Origin: Octopus vulgaris
Taxonomy: Eukaryota
Assembly: GCA_951406725.2 (NCBI GenBank)
Contig: OX597830.1
Coordinates: 70,866,001-70,930,000, forward strand
Direction of reading: 5' to 3'
DNA length: 64,000 bases
Under the pieces are notes generated by a model. The model was not told where the DNA came from and did not search any database. It was given only the letters and a program-made list of their open reading frames with translations. Below, piece after piece: positions 28,008 through 42,619 of the stretch (its first letter is position 1; the number at the start of each line of letters is the position of its first letter). A program made the position numbers and the translations under genes.

Positions 28008-28163
28008 TAGATAGATAGATTGAGAGAGAGATATATATATAGATAGATTGATAGAGGATTATATATATATATATATATAATTTTATTTAGTTATTATCTA
28101 TTTACTTTCATTGTTGTTGTTTTTCGACATTTGTAAGAAAGTCTACTCATCTCTCTCTCACTA

Positions 28164-28263
28164 NNNNNNNNNNNNNNNNNNNNNNNNNNNNNNNNNNNNN
28201 NNNNNNNNNNNNNNNNNNNNNNNNNNNNNNNNNNNNNNNNNNNNNNNNNNNNNNNNNNNNNNN
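28164..28263. other. Assembly gap (100 N)
   Basis: Run of N. Confidence 1.
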
Positions 28264-28920
28264 AAAATTTCATATGACACCGCTAGAAAAAACTGCCGGT
28301 CAAACCGAAAAGATCCCATCGTTGTGTCATAGACGCGCAGGAAAAAGTGGTTCCCTACAATATATGGCCCTAAATGTTACTCAAATTTGTTCCACCGTAA
28401 ATTAGTGCTTAGGTCAGAGCGGCATGGGAAAGTGCTATAAGATTACTACTGAGATTTTCGCATCTTAATTAAAATAATTATAGTCAGTGTTTGACACTGT
28501 AGTTATGGTGCATTACTAATATTTGACATAATAATTATACTAACTTACGTTTTGACATTCCAGTTATGGTATCCTTGTTACATGTTAATATTTTTTAAAA
28601 CTAAGATTATTGTATTTTCAATTTGTAGATATTATAACGTAATTAACTTTTGTCATATTAATTACTATGACTTGGTTAAAGTTTTGACGTATTAATTAAG
28701 ACGATGTAGTTAAGCTATAACAGGTTAGTTATAGTAACATTTTAAAGGTTTGGTATTAGTGAATTAGTTTGACAGGTTGTCAATAAAATGGGGGTCGTTT
28801 TTCTAATGTAACATTAATTTTGCAACTTTATTTTCCATAGTTTAAAGTTGCTTCACATGAATTTTCTTGTTAATTCATTTGTTCCTAATATTTTTGAGAA
28901 AATGAAGACGATTCAGATAT

Positions 28921-29333
28921 ACTCCTTTACTCTTTTACTTGTTTTAGTCATTTTGACTGCGGCCATCCTGGAGTACCGCCTTTAGTCGTGCAAAGTCACC
29001 CCAGGACTTATTCTTTGTAAGCCTTGTACTTATTCTATCGGTCTCTTTTGCCGAACCGCTAGTGTTACTGGGACGTAAACACACCAGCATCGGTTGTCAA
29101 GCGATGTTGGGTGGGGGACAAACACAGACACGCAAATATATACACACATGTATATACATATACACACATACGACGGGCTTCTTTCAGTTTCCGTCTACCA
29201 AATCCACTCACAAGACTTTAGTCAGCCCGAGGCTATAGTAGAAGACACTTGCCCAAGGTGTCACGCGGTGGGACTGAACCCGGAACCATGTAGTTGGTAA
29301 GCAAGCTACTTACTACAGAGCCACTCCTGCGCC
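28921..29333 (-). mobile_element. SINE family A
   Basis: Full-length reverse-complement match. Confidence 0.9.
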
Positions 29334-30699
29334 TATGTATAAAGAAAGAGAAAAACAAGAAGAAATCTTAAATTTGATACTATGAATGAAATCATAAAAA
29401 AAAACTGTTTTATCTGTCAGAATACGATCATTATTCATATTTCTACTGAAGCCCGTTGTTTTGTTTTGGTACTCAAGTAAAGAATGCCACTCATAATTCC
29501 ATATGAATTCATTCGTTACTGAAGTTTAGAATCTGCTAAAAGAACGAAGCTTGCCGTAAGAAATAACTTTATTACATTAGAAATGAATTTTTTTTTTTCA
29601 GTTTAAGTAATATTAGTTTTGCCATTGGTAGAAGACCAAGAATTTGGTCTGAGTAGTTTAGTTTATTCTACGAACTCAATACTTAACTGGTACTTATTTT
29701 ATCGATCCCGGATGTGCACATGCATATAATTTGCATATGCATGCAAACTTATGTTTGTGTGTACGTATAAACACACTCAACTATGTTAATAGTTAGATAA
29801 GCAGATACGGTTTATATCGTGAACGGGTACAGGTGCGTGGCAAAGTGAGTAGGATATTAGGCTTATGATGATCGTAAAGTCGTAAGTTCAATTGCTGGCG
29901 GCGAAATTTTCTTTCCTCGAGAGTTCTGGACCCCAATTATGAACTCATTTGTATACAGCCAATCAGAGCTCAACTGGTGTCCACCTAGTCACGAAAGTAC
30001 TCTGGTTGAGTTCAGTGGAAAAGCTGCGTTATAGAAAATCGAACTGTTCTAAACGGGTTAATAGGGGTGAGAAATGTGAAATTTAGTGTATAAAGTGAAT
30101 AGGAAGCTGCTCACCGACGATGCCATAAGTGTTGCTAATTTGCGTAATTTACTTTGAAATATAAATGAGTGTAGTTTCCTAATTTTCCGACTTTGTACAT
30201 TCCTAATTTTAAGTGTTGGTGTTGATCTGGAAACATCTTAATCAATATGGCGTTGTGTCGTACTGCGCCCTCCTTACATAATATCTATTTCTTTACTACT
30301 TACAAGGGGCTAAACACAGAGAGGACAGACAAGGACAGACAAACGGATTAAGTCGATTATATCGACCCCAGTGCGTAACTGGTACTTATTTAATTGACTC
30401 CGAAAGGATAAAAGGCAAAGTCAATGGGTACATGCAGTATCACTAATCTCAGTCTGAGCATAGGTACCTAATGTTAGCTCCATATAGAGATGATGCTCAA
30501 TTGATCTATGAGGATGGTGAGGTAGAATGTGGTGCTTATATGAGACCTGCTATGCTGTACTCACAGAGTGCATGCACCATTCTACGCCTGACTGGCTGTA
30601 CTGTAGTAGTACAAAGTATGTGGATTTTCAAGGTGAGCCCTGATTGGCTGTAATCAGATGAGTTCATTACTGGGGTCCGGAACTCCCGTGGGAAAAAAA

Positions 30700-31325
30700 T
30701 TTCGCTTCCCAGCGAGCGTCGTGTTTTTGAGCACGACATTTAATTTCACTTTGCTCCAGTCCACCCAGCTGGCAAAAATGAGTAATACATGTATTTCAAA
30801 TGGCCAGCCTTGTCACATTCTGTGTCCTGCTAAATCTCCTTGTGAATTACGTTAAGGCACACATGTCTGTGGAGTGCTCAGCCTCTTTCACGTTAAATTC
30901 ACGAGGAGGCTGTTCGGTTCATCGGATCTGCTGGAACCCTCGTCGTCGTAACTGACGGTGAGCCGTTAACTGATTGTGTGATATGGATGCCTTTCATATT
31001 GCACGTACGTATGTATGCATTTATGCATGCTAGGTCAATCTTAGTGCTACGGGTAACGTATTACCCCGTACAATAGGGAAGGCGCGTTGCTTGGGGGTTA
31101 GGATATTTAGCTCACAATCATGCGATCGTGCGTTCGATTCCCGGCGGCGCATGGTGTCTTTGAGCAAGACACTTTATTTCCAGTTGCTCTTGTCACATTC
31201 TGTGTCACGCTGAATCTCCCTCAAAACTATGTTATGGGTACACGTGTCTGTGGATTGCTCAGCCACTTGCACGTAAATTTCACGAGCAAGCTCCAGAATG
31301 ACCGCAGTCAAATGACTGAAACAAA
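30700..31325 (+). mobile_element. Two degenerate CORE-like SINE family D copies (about 30700-30965 and 31077-31325)
   Basis: Share the GCTCCAGTCCAC..GCTGGCAAAAATGAGTA core with family C but have a TGTCACATTCTGTGTC..CTCGTCGTCGTAACTGACGG-type tail. Confidence 0.65.
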
Positions 31326-31367
31326 TAAAATAATAAAAGAATATATATATATCTTAAATTACACATG

Positions 31368-31412
<45 letters not shown>

Positions 31413-31513
31413 CTTATATTATACATGTATGTATATATATACATACACATACACACATATATATATATTGCATACATTATGTATGAATGTATATATTTAT
31501 GTACGTATGTATG

Positions 31514-31554
<41 letters not shown>

Positions 31555-33649
31555 GCCTACATACATACATACATGCATACATACATGCATGCATACATAC
31601 ATACATACATACATACATACATACATACATTAAATTTGCTCGAGTCTCCGTGGTCAGTGTAGAAAGCAAGAACAAATAAATGTAGTGTTGATCTATGTAG
31701 AAAACAACAACAAGAGCAACAACAACAACAACAACAACAATAACAACAGCAACAATACGAAAGGGATACGGTCATTTTGTAAGCTGATAAGATGTCGATG
31801 TCGACTGGACGGGGTTGTGGCGTTCTTGAAAATCCGTTTCACGTTGCTATGCAAATTACACGCCGAAATGAACACGGCGTGAAATGGTGAGGATTTAAAA
31901 GCCCGTCATCGGCGAAGCGAGTAAACAAAGGACAAGTGAACGTCCATTGGTCATTCAAACTTGTATATCTTAAATCCCTGTCAAGTTCTAGCTAGTTGAG
32001 TCAATATATGAAAAGTATTGAACTCCTGGTCAATTTATTTGACAGCTCTGACGCATCTAGAACAACGGTGTGATATGTTGTGGAGGTCACTACTACAAAC
32101 TCATCGGAGTGATCATCTACATGGATGCTCAGTATACTAGAAATTGAAACCAAATCTTTTTTTTTTTTTTAAATTATACCTTGTCCTACTAAAATCAATC
32201 CATTCAATTTTAGGGACAAGGCCTGAAATTTTAGGGTATTGGGCTAGTTGATTACATTGACTCCAGTACTTGACTGGTTCTTATTTTATATTAAAGGCAA
32301 AATTAACTTCGGCGAAATTTGAACTCAGAACGTAAAAACGGACTAAATGATGGTATGCATTTTGTCTGGTGTGTTAACAATTTTGTCAAAGACAGTGTGG
32401 TCACTACTGGAACCCATGTGGTCAGAGGTGTATTGATTTGGAGAGAGGTTTTGGCCAAATAAAATAAGTAGAAGAAAAAGATGGAGGTAAAAAAAAAAAA
32501 AAACGTCTCACTGCAGCTTGCTGTGGACAAAACAATTCTCGGTTTAGACAATTTGGTGTAAGAACACTATGACCAACTCAAATGGTTGATGTATTTCAAG
32601 CTTCTAAGCTTTCGTCAGTATCAGATATCAAGTGAGGCATCTCTGGACTGGTTGGAAAGCTTTGCTTTCTGTGGTTTTTTTTTGTCTTTATTAGAAATCA
32701 GTAAATATTATTAACTTGAGCCGTGAGATCAAAACAGACAACTGGTAGGTGCACGAATCAGTAACGGAACATAAGCCAACTTATTGTATATAGACCGTTT
32801 ATAGGCCATATACTGAGATATTCTTCGTGAGGTAACATCTGTTATCAACGTACTGTGCTAAAATCATTATTGCACAAGGATATCCTTTTAGCTTGCGGAT
32901 GATGTATATTATTTATTTATCGATCATGAAAGGTAAACGAAGTCAATCAGGTAAGATTTGAACTCAGAAGGTGTGTTGATTCGGAGAGAGGTTTTGGCAA
33001 AATAAAGTAAGTAGAAGAAAAAGATGAAGGTAAAAAAAACCCATCTCACTGCACCTTGCTGTGGACAAAACAATTCTCTAAGTAGTACGATCCTCAAGCT
33101 AAAACGACATCCGTGTATATTAATCCTTTCTATTAAAGGCACAAAGCCTCAAATTTGGGTGGCAGAGTGAGGGGATAAGTCGATTACATCGACCCCAGTA
33201 CTCAACAGGTCATTATTTCGTCGATCCCGAAAGGATGAAAGGTAAATTCGACCAAGGCAGAATTTGAACTCAGATCGTAAAGACGGACAAAATGCCGCTT
33301 AGCATTTTCTCCGGCGTGCTAACTATTCTGCCAGCTCGCCGCTGTAATATCCGTGTATAATAATGATAATTTATTACCTTAGAAAATTCAGACGTGGATA
33401 TTCTCATAATTATGATTGACATATAGTCACAAGGGCAAATTGGTCGACGAGTAAAATCATTCTCAGTGGAATTTGAACTCAAAATATAATAGATAACTGA
33501 ATACTGCAAAATCTTTTTGTTCCCTAACGCTAAAAGGCAATCCAATCAGTCCCATCACCTAATGAAAGCTTAATAACTTCCAGTTTCTTTCGAGTCTTGT
33601 TTTTAATACTTACATATCTTATCTCGAAAATGTTTTGAAAGCGCACCAT

Positions 33650-34080
33650 GTCTCCTCGTCGTAGTCGTCGTCTTCGTCCTCCTCGCCCCCTCTTCGTCCT
33701 CCTCACCCCCTCTTCCTCCTCCTCGTCCCCCTCTTCCTCTTCCTCGTCCTCGTCTTCCTCCTCCTCGTCCCCCTCTTCCTCTTCCTCGTCCTCGTCTTCA
33801 TCGTCCTCCTCTGCCTCTACCTCTTCCTGCCCCTCTTCCTCTTTCCCTTCCTCTACCTCCTCCTCCTCCTCCTCCTCCTCCTCCTCCTCCTCCTCTCCCT
33901 CCACCTCTTCCTCCTCGTCTTCCTCAACTTCCACCTCCTCGTTGTCCTCTTCGTCCTTGTCCTACTCCCCGTCCTGCTCCTCCTCCTCCTTCGTAGAGTT
34001 AGTAACAATAGTAGTAGTGGTGGTATCATTATTATTACTATTATTATTACTATTATTATTACTATTATTATTATTATTTT
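33650..34080. repeat. (CCT/TCT)n and (TTA)n low-complexity tract
   Basis: Direct reading; explains the poly-E and poly-S ORFs. Confidence 0.9.
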
Positions 34081-34318
34081 TTATTGTTTTGTTGTTGCTA
34101 TTGAAAATAGTTTGTTTCCTTTAATCTTCTTGGGGTTTTGTTTTATCTTTATGCGTATTGCCTATTCACACACAGAGTGAAAATAGAGCGAGTGGCTAGA
34201 AATAGAGATAGACATAGGAAACAAGGAGGCATTATACACACATACATACATACATACACACATACATACATACAAACATACATACATACAAACATACATA
34301 CATACATACATATATACA

Positions 34319-34354
<36 letters not shown>

Positions 34355-35051
34355 TGTATATATATGACATATATTGGGCGTGTGACTGTGAGTGTAAGAG
34401 AGTGTGTTGAAGCACAAAAAAAAAAGTGATGAAGAAGATATACAGAAATAAACGAAGCAAACAAGACGAAAGCAAAGACATAAACGAAGAAAGTAAATAA
34501 AACGGAGAGGGGCCCCGAAATACTGAAGTGGTGGTTGCGTTTGATGTATTCAGCGCTTGTATTTGAACGTGAGGGCGGTAAAATGTTATCGCTGGTATTT
34601 TATAAGGCAACAAGAGGGGACCCCGACAATCTTTTGTCAACGACTACCAAATCACTCCTTTAGACATTTCTTGAGTGACGGACATCCTTTTGAACTGACC
34701 AGCAACAGATTGCAGTTTCTCTTGGAAGATAGACCCATAAAGTTCAGCTTGCAGTTATTTAAAGACTAAACGTAAGCATAAGCTAATACAAGTACATAGG
34801 CAAACAGACAAACACACTCACACACACAGACACTCACACACAGACACACAAACACAGATACACATACACACGCACACTCACACACACAGATACAGGGACA
34901 CACAGACACACAAATGTAGATTGGTTTATAAACGTGGGAATGTGTGAGTGTCTACGACAGTGCATATTCATATATGTGTGTGTGTGTGTGTGTGTCTGTG
35001 CATGTGACATGTTCATGCTTGTGTGCATCATATATGTGTGTGTGTGTGTGT

Positions 35052-35122
<71 letters not shown>

Positions 35123-35362
35123 AGTGTATGCGTATGTGAGTGTGTGTGCCTATGTGTGTATATAATATTTCTTAAGAGTGCACTCTCTTGAAACTGTTTA
35201 ATTCTCCTCGAAACAGAAAAAAAAAACACGCACATACACACACATACACATACACACACACACACACTCACACTCACACACTCACACACACTCTCACACA
35301 CATACACATACACACTCACACACACACACTCACACACACACACACTCACACACACACACTCA

Positions 35363-35411
<49 letters not shown>

Positions 35412-36077
35412 ACACACACACTCACACACACACGCTCACACACACTCTCTCACACACACACACACATACACACGCACTCACACACACACACACACTCACA
35501 CAAACGCACACACTCACACACACTCACACATACACACACACAGACACACACACACTCACACACTCACACAGAAACCCGAGCGCGCACTCACATATTTACA
35601 TAGGGTTCTTAACCTGTTTGTTGTTCTTGTTGTTGGCGTTGTTATTGTTTTATTGTCTTTGACATGCTCTGACATTCGTTGTTATTGCCATTGTTGTCGA
35701 CGGTACCGACCCTGAATGTCTTTGTTCTTGTTCTACGTTTTGTAGTTGTAATCTACCTTAGTAACAGAATGGTTTACGATCTGCTGCGAGTTTATCTGTC
35801 GGAAAAGGTTGAATAGGATGAAAGGACTACGAGTAAATACGAGCGAAGGATGTACAAAGATAGAGTAGAAAGTTGGAGTGGTCGGGTAGCTAGGTTATGT
35901 GAGAGGGATGGTAACAGTAGGAGTTATTATATGGACTTCTCAGGAGACGGAGCAACAGTATAAAAATATAAGGATTGTTGAATATCCACGCAGGCATCGT
36001 GTATGTATGTATGTATGTATGTATGTATGTATGTATGTATGTATGTATGTATGTTATCTTCTGTCTTTAATTATTTA

Positions 36078-36242
36078 GGCGCAGGAGTGGCTGTGTGGTA
36101 AATAGCTTGCTTACCAACCACATGGTTCCGGGTTCAGTCCCACTGCGTGGCACCTTGGGCAGGTGTCTTCTACTATCGCCACAGGCTGACCAAAGCTTTA
36201 TGCGTGGATTTGGTTGGCGGAAACTGAAAGAAGCCCATCGTC

Positions 36243-36314
<72 letters not shown>

Positions 36315-36522
36315 TGTGTGTGTCTGTGTGTGTATGTCTATATGTTTGTGTGTCTGTGTTTGTCCCCTCAACATCGCCTGACAACCGATGCTGGTGTGAT
36401 TACCTCCTCGTAACTTAGTGGTTCAGCAAAACAGACCGATAGAATAAGTATTAGGCTTACAAAGAATAAGTCCTGGGTTTCGTTTTGCTCGACTAAAGGT
36501 GGTACTCCAGCATGGCCGCAGT
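36078..36522 (+). mobile_element. SINE family A (3'-truncated)
   Basis: Head through CAGCATGGCCGCAGT. Confidence 0.9.
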
Positions 36523-37624
36523 ATGTTTTGATGCATGTATGAATCTATCTGTCTACCTATCTATCTGAATCTTTTTGTCTGTCTATCTATCTATCTATCT
36601 GTCTGCCTATCTATCTATCCATCTAGCTATCTATCTAAACACACATATGCAGCGTGAGTTCGTATTGATGAAGCGCACCTGTCTATTTGCATGTGTACTC
36701 ACACAGAGAGTAATCTCAAGTGTTTGCACAGTCCTATATTCAAATAAATATATGCGACATGTCTAATGTAATATATAACTTGTATGCAAGCTTGTTTATG
36801 TAGTTGAGAGATTCGTTTCATAACCACGTCTTTTCATGTTTGGTTCTATATTCCATTTACGCGATGATTTAGCTCAACTTCTCTTCTCATGTCATCAGTT
36901 TGACATAAAGTCTACGAAATAGAGTTCAGTGTAATCCGAAGGTAATCGCTGGGTCATCGAAGTAATAATATGCAAACAGATACGAGAATCAATGTCTGTC
37001 TGCCTGTCTTTCTGTCTGTCCGTCTGTATGTGCGTATGTATGTATATGTATATGAATGTATGTATATATGCATGTATATACACACACATATATGTATACA
37101 TGCTAATGAACGAAACTCTCGGCCCTTGAGTTGCTCTGTTACTTCTGCTAAATGTATACTGTGCTCCAGCATGGCCGCAGTCAAATGACTGAAACAAGTG
37201 CATATATGTATATATATATACATATATATATATATATGTCCTGTTTTTACCATTTTTTACCCCTCTGCGAAAAGATCTCAGAATTTTAATTGATTTGCTT
37301 TCGCAGGAAGGAAAGTTTTCTTGTCGAAGATACGTCTCGCTTTTATCCTTCGAAACGTAGAGTAGAGGAAACCTTTAGCGACTGAAGAAGGGGTTTTTTC
37401 TTTGTGTTAATTGTCCTGTACTCTCTTTTTTTTTTCTGCTATATTTTTTTTTGCTGTTTTTAAAAAAATGTCCAGTTCCTTTGGTTTGTGTCTATGTTTT
37501 CGTTTCTCTTTGTGTTCGACGTCCCTTTGGTGTCCTGTACTCATATATGCGTGTATATGTACATGTAGAGGTAGGTACGTACATATATGTTTATATATAT
37601 GCATATGTTTTATTTTATTTATTA

Positions 37625-37679
<55 letters not shown>

Positions 37680-37684
37680 GCTCT

Positions 37685-38055
37685 GGAGTGGCTGTGTGGT
37701 AAGAAGCTTTCTTCCCAGCCACATGGTTCCAGGTTCAGTCCCATTGCGTGGCACCTTGGGCAAGTGCCTTCAGCTATAGCCTAGGGCGGACCAAAGCCTT
37801 GTTAGTGGATTTAGTAGAAGGAAACTGAAAGAAGCCAGTCGTATATATATATGTGTGTGTATCTGACAATCGGTGTTGGTGTGTTTGCGTTCCCGCAACT
37901 TAGCGGTTCTGCAAAATACACCGATAGAATAAGTATTATGCTGAGTATTTCGTGCATTTGTATGACTACATCTGGGGTCGATTCATTCGATTAAAAGTTC
38001 AACGCGGTGCTCCAGCATGGCTGCAATCTAAGGACTCAAACAAGTAAAAGAGTAA
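37685..38055 (+). mobile_element. SINE family A (diverged)
   Basis: Head, core and tail homology. Confidence 0.8.
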
Positions 38056-38265
38056 ACGAAGAATATTTGAAATTGTATGAAAAAAATTAAACCATTTTGT
38101 TTATTGTCGAAATATAAGGTATTTATTGCTCATAAATTTTAACAATAAAACCTTATATGGACCCCCAACAAGAGTTATAGTGACCCTAGTTGAGAATCAT
38201 TGATCCATGCAGATGCTGGTCCTCCTGCAAGAAGCAGCCAAATTTCTTTAGATCATCGTCTACCG

Positions 38266-38612
38266 CAGTGGCTCTCAAACGGGGTCCGTATGACCCCTGT
38301 GGGTTCATATAAGATTTTGGTGGTCCACGCAGCAAAATAGTTCATTGGGAACAAATAGTGCTTCATGGGATCCTGAAAAAATGTTGCCGTAGATGTATGT
38401 ATTGGTATATTGCAAGAAACAGCTGCGATTCTTACTCTAGCATTTTACATAGATCAACAGATACATGCTAAAGTGTGTAAGATAAAATATGAATTTTGAA
38501 AGAAGTTTCTATAAAACTAGTTTTTAAACATCGAATGGCTATGGGGGTCCACCAGGATAAAAAAGTAATCAAAAGGGTCCATAGATTAAGAGAAAATAGT
38601 TGAGAATCCTTA
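38266..38612. mobile_element. hAT-like MITE
   Basis: Ends CAGTGGCTCTCAAAC / AGTTGAGAATCCTT; interior similar to 13831-14468. Confidence 0.55.
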
Positions 38613-38790
38613 GTCTGCCGTCTTAAAAAATGGAAGGCTACATTAGACGACGTTGTTTCGAACATCTTCCATTACGGGGTCATAAGCTGATTGATCGGAG
38701 TCTAAACAAAGATATTCACTAAGTATTCCTGCTGTGGAGAGAGATGATATAGGACATGATATAGCAGTAGTCATATAAGTAATAAAAGCG

Positions 38791-38851
<61 letters not shown>

Positions 38852-39263
38852 AATGGTTTTATATGCTCTTTACAATGCACTGAGTCACCTTGTCCATTAA
38901 GTTTCATGTTTTATCTTTTACAATTTAACTCCACCCACATTTGTTCTTTTTTTTTTTACTATTTGTCTAAAAAAATGTTGCTTTAACTCCTTGAAGTGCT
39001 GTGGAACAGAATTCTAGACTCTGCCTAAAATTAGTCATGCCAATTCACAGCTCTTTGTTTGTTTGTTTGTTTGTTTGTTTCTTTCTTTCTTCCTTCATTC
39101 CTTCATTCCTTTCTTCCTTCCTCCCTCCCTCCCTTCCCTCACCCTTTCTTTCTTTCTTTCATTCATTCATTCATTCATTCATTCATTCATTCATTCATTC
39201 TTTCTTCCTTCATTCCTTCCTTCCCCTTCCCTCCCTCCCCTTCTTTCTTTCTTTTTTCTCCCC

Positions 39264-39298
<35 letters not shown>

Positions 39299-39342
39299 CA
39301 TATATACCCTCTCTCATACACATGCACACACGCACATATATA

Positions 39343-39449
<107 letters not shown>

Positions 39450-39987
39450 GAAGTAAGAAAGAGATGTATGTAGTAATGTTACGCATATGTATTTGTTTTG
39501 CAAGATTCCTGATGTGAATTCGTGTGTTGAAACAGATATTGTTATATTTGGGGATAATCTTTCTTTTCCTGTCAAATAAACACACGCACTATATATTGAT
39601 TCTTCACATACACACAGATACAGACGCAAACGCATGCACAGATATGGATACACACCACGGAAAGACAGAATGGTTAAACAGAACAGGGGAAGACACATTG
39701 GATGGAGAGTCGCTGAAGAGGTCACATCATGTGTGACGTAAGATTGCCATATAATGGACATAAAATAATAATAATGATAATAATAAAGTGAAGAATGAAT
39801 ATATAGTGCGTGTATTTATTTGGCAAGAAAAATAAAATGACGATCCCGAAATGTAACAATATGTATTAATGCGATTGATTTTATGTTAAGTAAATCTATG
39901 AAAACATATTTAACATTCAATTGAAGTTTTACTCACTACTCTCTCGCAAAGTAGATATTTATTCACTTTTTCAAAGAAAAGGTTGAT

Positions 39988-40027
39988 AGTGACTTTAATG
40001 TTTCGACTTCCTCGTTTTCATCAGACT
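39988..40027 (-). ncRNA. Minimal type I hammerhead ribozyme motif
   Basis: Minus strand: AGT-CTGATGA-A-AAC GAGGAA GTC-GAAA-C ATTAAA G-TC-ACT; GUC cleavage triplet; one stem II mismatch. Confidence 0.55.
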
Positions 40028-41081
40028 GTTTGAAAACCAGAGGTCACTGGCAACCTCTTTGTAAGAGTTAATGCGTTATGTGTCTATGTGTGTTTGTGTG
40101 TGTGAGTGTTATGTGTGTGTGTGTGTGCGTGTGGTTGGGAAGCAAGCTTCTTACCACACAGCCACGCCTGCGCCTATCGAAAATATAAATCGAGTGTAAC
40201 TGTGTTTATGAAAAATTCAAACATTTTCACAATCTTTCCAAATCCTGCTGCATTTGAAATGAAATTTCTGGTCCTCCAAAGTCCCCTTGGTGTATAAGCT
40301 GCATTACCTTCTTTGAATGTAAATTTTGATCTGAAAAAGAAATGTTAGTTATCTACCGAAAAATACAGGACTTGTTTGGTCTGAGATCAGCCCTGGTAGA
40401 GTAAACACAGGACAAGAGGTATTTTCTGGCAATCCTATCTTTGTTGCATTTAGTCACAAATTGAAAGGTCCGACTAAGTCTTTATATATCAATGCGAAAC
40501 ACCATAAGTATAACTTTGTGACAGAAATAAAGCACACCGCTTCCACCTTTAATTCGGCAATACGATCGACCAGAAAGTGATGTTGACATTAAAATGTCTT
40601 CCTAGATTCCATTCATTTTTATTTTTCTATCTCAAATTGGTATGTGTGTGTACCGGTTGTCAAACGGCCGTGGAGGACAAACACAAAGTGTTACTTTTTA
40701 GTTATGTCACCACCATTTAAAAATAGCCATTAAAAATTGGATTATCTCCCTTGAGTTGAGTTTATGTGGTGACAAGAGATTGGATTAAAAGGGTTAGATA
40801 CTTTTGATTCAATGCTTCAATACATTGTTGTCTTTTGGCCTCCTCAATAAGCATGGTATGATTTGTGATTAAAATGTTATTAGATTCAATAAGAGGTTGA
40901 AATTTTTTCAGTTTTCATGGTTATTAATTTTTTCAGTTTTGCATGATTTGTTATAAAAATATTATCAAATTCAATAAGATGTTTCATCTTTTCACGTTTC
41001 ATGTTTATCAATTTTTCATTTTTTGGGGTCTTATTGAGGGATAAACAATTTTTTTAGTTGCGTGAGATAACCAGAAAGTAC

Positions 41082-41125
<44 letters not shown>

Positions 41126-41129
<4 letters not shown>

Positions 41130-41418
41130 AGAAAAATAAGGTACTCAGAAATCTAGATGGTTATATATTTACAGATTTTTATTGATATGTCACATGTTTT
41201 TATAAATCATATATTAGCGCTTGCATCCACTCTAGTGGATTCTTATACACATACATATATACTTATGGTGCTTCGCATTGATATATTAATATAATCTGAA
41301 GAATCCACTAGAGTGGATGCAAGCGCTAATATATGATTTATAAAAACATGTGACATATCTATAAAAATCTGTAAATATAAAACCATCCAGATTTCTGAGT
41401 ACCTTATTTCTTCTAATA
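41126..41418. mobile_element. Foldback element in (TA)n with a hammerhead-like motif (GCAA variant)
   Basis: About 120-bp arms at 41126-41244 and 41299-41418 are nearly perfect; CTGAAGA-ATCCAC TAGA GTGGAT-GCAA-GCGC-TA at 41296-41328. Confidence 0.65.
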
Positions 41419-41448
41419 TATAATACCTGTACATCACCTCCAAACCTC

Positions 41449-41514
<66 letters not shown>

Positions 41515-42619
41515 GGTCTTCTTTCAGCTCTGCCAACCCATCACTGGCAAGGCTTTTGTAGGCCCGATGCGATAATAGAAGACCTTTGCTCAAGATGACG
41601 CGTTGTGTGGGACTGAAACCAAAGCTCTTAACCACACAGCCACACCTGCACCCCACTTTGTTTTGAGAAAAGAATAGAAAATCCGAATGCTCAATGCAGC
41701 AAGAAATCGTGTAGAGCCCTGCACTAACTTTCGAAGATAAACTATGTAATTTTATGAATGGAAGCTGGCTGTTGGTGAGGGTTGGCATGGTGATTGGTAG
41801 GGCTATAAATATGCATCCGTTGGGTGTGAGGACGGCAATGATGAGATTGCGGAGAAATTATAAATTTCAGTGTAGCAAGGTGCTAGATTAAGGGTGAGAC
41901 AAGTGAATTATTTTCATGTTAAATTAGTAGCAGAAATGGAGAAGTTATTAACATTGTAGGTGGAAGACTTGAACCAGAAAAAAACATTCCATTGAGTAAA
42001 GCTAACTTTTGTGATAAGGGAATGTCTATTTTTGAACTGAACGAGAAAGAGGGTCGAGATGAAAGATTTGAAGGTTGTTACGACTGGTTTGCAGGTTATA
42101 AGAGTTGCACTAAATGTCGTTGTATTAAGATAACTGGTAAGGCAGGAAGTGCATCTGTCTATCTGCCTTTCTCTCTCGCCCCGCTCTCTCTCTCTCTCTT
42201 ACACATACGCGCACAAGCAAGCAAACACACCCACATATACAAATATATGAGTATATACAAATATACGGGTATATGCAAATACATACACACACCCTCATAT
42301 ACATATATGTATGCAAATATATACATATATACGCATACATATATATATACACATACATACAAATATATTTGCGTGTTTGTGTGTGTACATTCATAGATAT
42401 ACACACAGTATTATGTACATATTACATATATATATATATATATATATTCATATATACACATAATAATAAATGGAGAGAAAGGGGTGAGGGAAGAAGTGAC
42501 AGAAGGAGAGAGAGAAAGGGAAAAAATGAAAGAAAACGATTGTTAGCCATATACGTACGTGTCATTTGTATATACTAGGCTATCAGCCATTATACAAAGT
42601 GTCTAATATCTTGGGGATC

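Noticed and set aside
39495-39560. CTGATGTGA...GAAAC as a hammerhead (also near 58390 and 45085)
   Set aside because: Core lacks A9 and no convincing stems I or II
39708-39750. CTGAAGA-G-GTCACA..TGTGAC-GTAA hammerhead-like motif
   Set aside because: Good stem II, but GTAA replaces GAAA and stems I and III are missing
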